This document shows, in pieces, positions 61,944 through 64,000 of a stretch of DNA of 64,000 bases. The position numbers and the translations under genes are program-made. The stretch's first letter is position 1; each line of letters starts with the position of its first letter. The DNA is from Candidatus Danuiimicrobium aquiferis (GTDB taxonomy: Bacteria > Omnitrophota > Omnitrophia > Omnitrophales > Danuiimicrobiaceae). Below the pieces are notes generated by a model that had not been told where the DNA came from, searched no databases, and saw only the letters and a list, made by a program, of their open reading frames with translations. Location of the stretch: NCBI GenBank assembly GCA_001804285.1, contig MHFR01000013.1:8920-72919 (forward strand). The letters run 5' to 3'.

Positions 61944-63038
61944 TTAATCGTTTGCGCGTTCCATGAAAAAAAATGCGCCACTCGCAAACGCGAAAGTGGG
62001 TCCCCACGCGCTAACCATCGAAAAAAGTTTTCCCGCTTTCCCCATCGCGAGCATAACAGCTCCAAGTACGTGATAAAGGAAAATGACTCCGATGCAAATA
62101 AGGATGTTCATCGCAATGGTTCGACGTGTTGCTGTTTTGGCGAGAATCGGAATCGTTAGAAGTATGACCACAAAACTTTGCCATGGGGCAGCTAATTTAT
62201 ATTGGAGATCGACGGCTTCTGACGAAAGTCTAACCCCGTTTTCTTTCATTTTTTTGATATATTCTTTTAATTCATGATAACTGATGTTTTCACTTTCTCT
62301 CACGGCTTTAATGAATTCTTCCGGAGTCTCTTGAATTTCCGGATAAACGGCTGTCCGTGCAAATACGGGTTCGCCCATCATCTGTGTCGAACGGTCAACG
62401 CTGTAATCAGTTGCCTGATGCAATTCCCATTCTGAACCGGTCCAGATTGCTTTTTGAGCGGTGGTTTTTTTCTTGACCTGCTTATGATCATCCAGCCAAA
62501 GAATGATGAAGTCGGATAGTTGTTTAATTTCGGGATCAAAAGATCTTGCAAAATAAAGCCGGTTCCCGCCGCCGAAATACGTGACATTACTAAAAATTTC
62601 GCGTTGATTTGCAGACTCTTTCTTTTCAATTTCTTTTTCTAAAATGGAGGTTGCCAGGCGGCTTGTGGTAGGGACTATTTTGTCGTTGACGATAAATGCT
62701 ATGACGCCGATTCCAAGCCCGACAAATAAAATTGGGCGGATAATTGAAGTAATTTCGAGTCCGCAGACTTTCATGGCCGTAATTTCATTATGGAAGTTGA
62801 GATTTGAGAGAACAAACATGGTGGCTAGTAATGAAGCCCATGAAATGATTGACGCAAACGTTTGCGGAGTGATTAAAATGTAGTATTGCAGGATATGAAT
62901 CATATCTGCTTTGTTTTTCAGCATATCATCTAATTTGTCAAAAAGATCTGCCACAAACACGAGAAAAATCAATGTGAAGGTGCAAAAAATAATTGGAATT
63001 AATAATTGTTTAAACAAGTAACGGTCCAAGGTTTTCAT
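61944..63038 (-). CDS. LptF/LptG family LPS export permease
   Basis: MKTLDRYL, NEITAMKVCG, 3+3 TM helices around a periplasmic domain. Confidence 0.9.
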   Translation of the reverse strand: MKTLDRYLFKQLLIPIIFCTFTLIFLVFVADLFDKLDDMLKNKADMIHILQYYILITPQTFASIISWASLLATMFVLSNLNFHNEITAMKVCGLEITSIIRPILFVGLGIGVIAFIVNDKIVPTTSRLATSILEKEIEKKESANQREIFSNVTYFGGGNRLYFARSFDPEIKQLSDFIILWLDDHKQVKKKTTAQKAIWTGSEWELHQATDYSVDRSTQMMGEPVFARTAVYPEIQETPEEFIKAVRESENISYHELKEYIKKMKENGVRLSSEAVDLQYKLAAPWQSFVVILLTIPILAKTATRRTIAMNILICIGVIFLYHVLGAVMLAMGKAGKLFSMVSAWGPTFAFASGAFFFMERAND

Positions 63039-63781
63039 ATGGTTTGAGCCCGTGCCAAAGTGAAAAAGTCAACTCGCGCCGCACCATGCTCTTTCAGCAA
63101 TTTCGCGCATTCGTTCAGGGTGCTTCCTGTGGTAATGATATCATCTACGAGCAGGACGCTTTTATTTTGAATGGATTTTGAATTCCGGACAGAAAAAGCA
63201 TTTTTAAGATTGTGCAGCCGTTCAAGGCGATGAAGTTGACTTTGAGGTTTTGTTATTTTATTTTTTTTGAGTAATTTTTTGACCGGAATTTTTAACCCCA
63301 TTTGCCGGATCAGCATATGTGCAATTAAATCTGCCTGATTAAATTCCCGATCATGTTCGCGCCTTGAATCCAGGGGGACAGGGATAATCATATCGTAACT
63401 TGCCATGGTTTCGTCTTGCGAAAACTTTTTTACATTAACGCGAAAGGCGTCGAACAGCCACGGCTTTTTTTGGAATTTAGCTTGATGAAAGATTTCTTTT
63501 GACTGGTCATCATACGAAATTAAGGAGAATCCCCGATCGAAATACGGCCGGTTTGACCGGCAAGATTGGCACAGAACCGTTGAGGGCCCGTAAGCCGGTA
63601 ATGGATGCGAGCACCTTCTGCAGCAGGGTGCTTGGATAGGAGTTATTTTTTTCTCGCATGAATAGCAAATATGAGTTTCATCAAGCGAAAGCACTTTTTG
63701 GCAGATTGCGCAGTAAGGCGGATAGAGGAATCTCACAAAACTTCGAACGTAATAGGTTATTTCTGTAGCAAGGCTAAACAT
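63035..63781 (-). CDS. comF: ComF family protein (double zinc ribbon + PRTase domain)
   Basis: CAIC..CYSC, CRRC..CQSC, PVPL, R.FNQA, LLVDDIITTGST. Confidence 0.93.
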   Translation of the reverse strand: MFSLATEITYYVRSFVRFLYPPYCAICQKVLSLDETHICYSCEKKITPIQAPCCRRCSHPLPAYGPSTVLCQSCRSNRPYFDRGFSLISYDDQSKEIFHQAKFQKKPWLFDAFRVNVKKFSQDETMASYDMIIPVPLDSRREHDREFNQADLIAHMLIRQMGLKIPVKKLLKKNKITKPQSQLHRLERLHNLKNAFSVRNSKSIQNKSVLLVDDIITTGSTLNECAKLLKEHGAARVDFFTLARAQTI

Positions 63782-63789
63782 AATGCTGT

Positions 63790-63818
63790 ACTATAATGGA
63801 TTGTCAAGATACTGTCAA
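63790..63818 (-). promoter_or_regulatory. Sigma70-type promoter for comF (near-leaderless)
   Basis: Minus strand TTGACA-N17-TATAGT; start codon 9 nt after the -10. Confidence 0.55.
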
Positions 63819-63883
63819 TGACGAGACGACAAGAATGGTGTCCTATCTTGTGAATTTAGAATCATTTACGGCGGTTGTCTGTC

Positions 63884-63911
63884 TTGACAAAAAAACGGAA
63901 GAACGTATAAT
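63884..63911 (+). promoter_or_regulatory. Sigma70 promoter for rpsU
   Basis: TTGACA-N16-TATAAT. Confidence 0.7.
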
Positions 63912-63943
63912 ATTCAAAACTTAAAATTAGAAAGGTGGTTAAA

Positions 63944-64000
63944 GTGACTGAAGTTCGTGTAGGAGAAAATGAGCCACTCGATAAAGCATTAAGGCGTCTT
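63944..64000 (+). CDS. rpsU: 30S ribosomal protein bS21 (3' truncated by window end)
   Basis: GTG start after AAAGGTGG; translates MTEVRVGENEPLDKALRRL. Confidence 0.85.
   Translation, partial: MTEVRVGENEPLDKALRRL

Noticed and set aside
63813-63889. Loose dyad symmetry between the divergent comF and rpsU promoters
   Set aside because: Largely explained by two back-to-back TTGACA boxes; the remaining match needs gaps.

Overview
A mostly + strand, housekeeping-rich chromosomal segment from a diderm (LPS-producing) bacterium. The gene order and fusions are reminiscent of PVC-superphylum lineages such as Omnitrophota, but this is inference only. Content in order: valS (5' partial), nadC, uvrB, a divergent KDPG-aldolase-like gene, a glycogen-debranching-like gene and an esterase pair; ilvBNC-leuA; an IS110/IS1111-type element; aroE-pilD-aroC-aroK-aroB; dprA-RDD-hypothetical-topA-xerC; a large lipid A/core LPS cluster; rmuC, an RRM protein, metF and a YHS-domain gene; hldA-kdsB-pyrG-kdsA-kdsD-acyltransferase-lptC/A-lptB; a PTS regulatory block (ptsN, hprK, yvcK, HPr, ptsI); pgi/pmi, an NTP-transferase, metK, ahcY; lptF/G, comF and the start of rpsU. 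The main discoveries are non-coding. (1) A complete IS1111-type element sits inside a REP-like palindrome. Its subterminal IRs, GG core, circle-junction promoter and candidate bridge/seekRNA guides for both target and donor can be read directly, and one target guide lies inside the transposase's last codons. (2) There are many small palindromic elements, including a 42-bp double-hairpin element found four times, each time nested in a different repeat family, and palindromes inserted in frame into valS, ilvN and dprA. No CRISPR array, tRNA or rRNA was seen.
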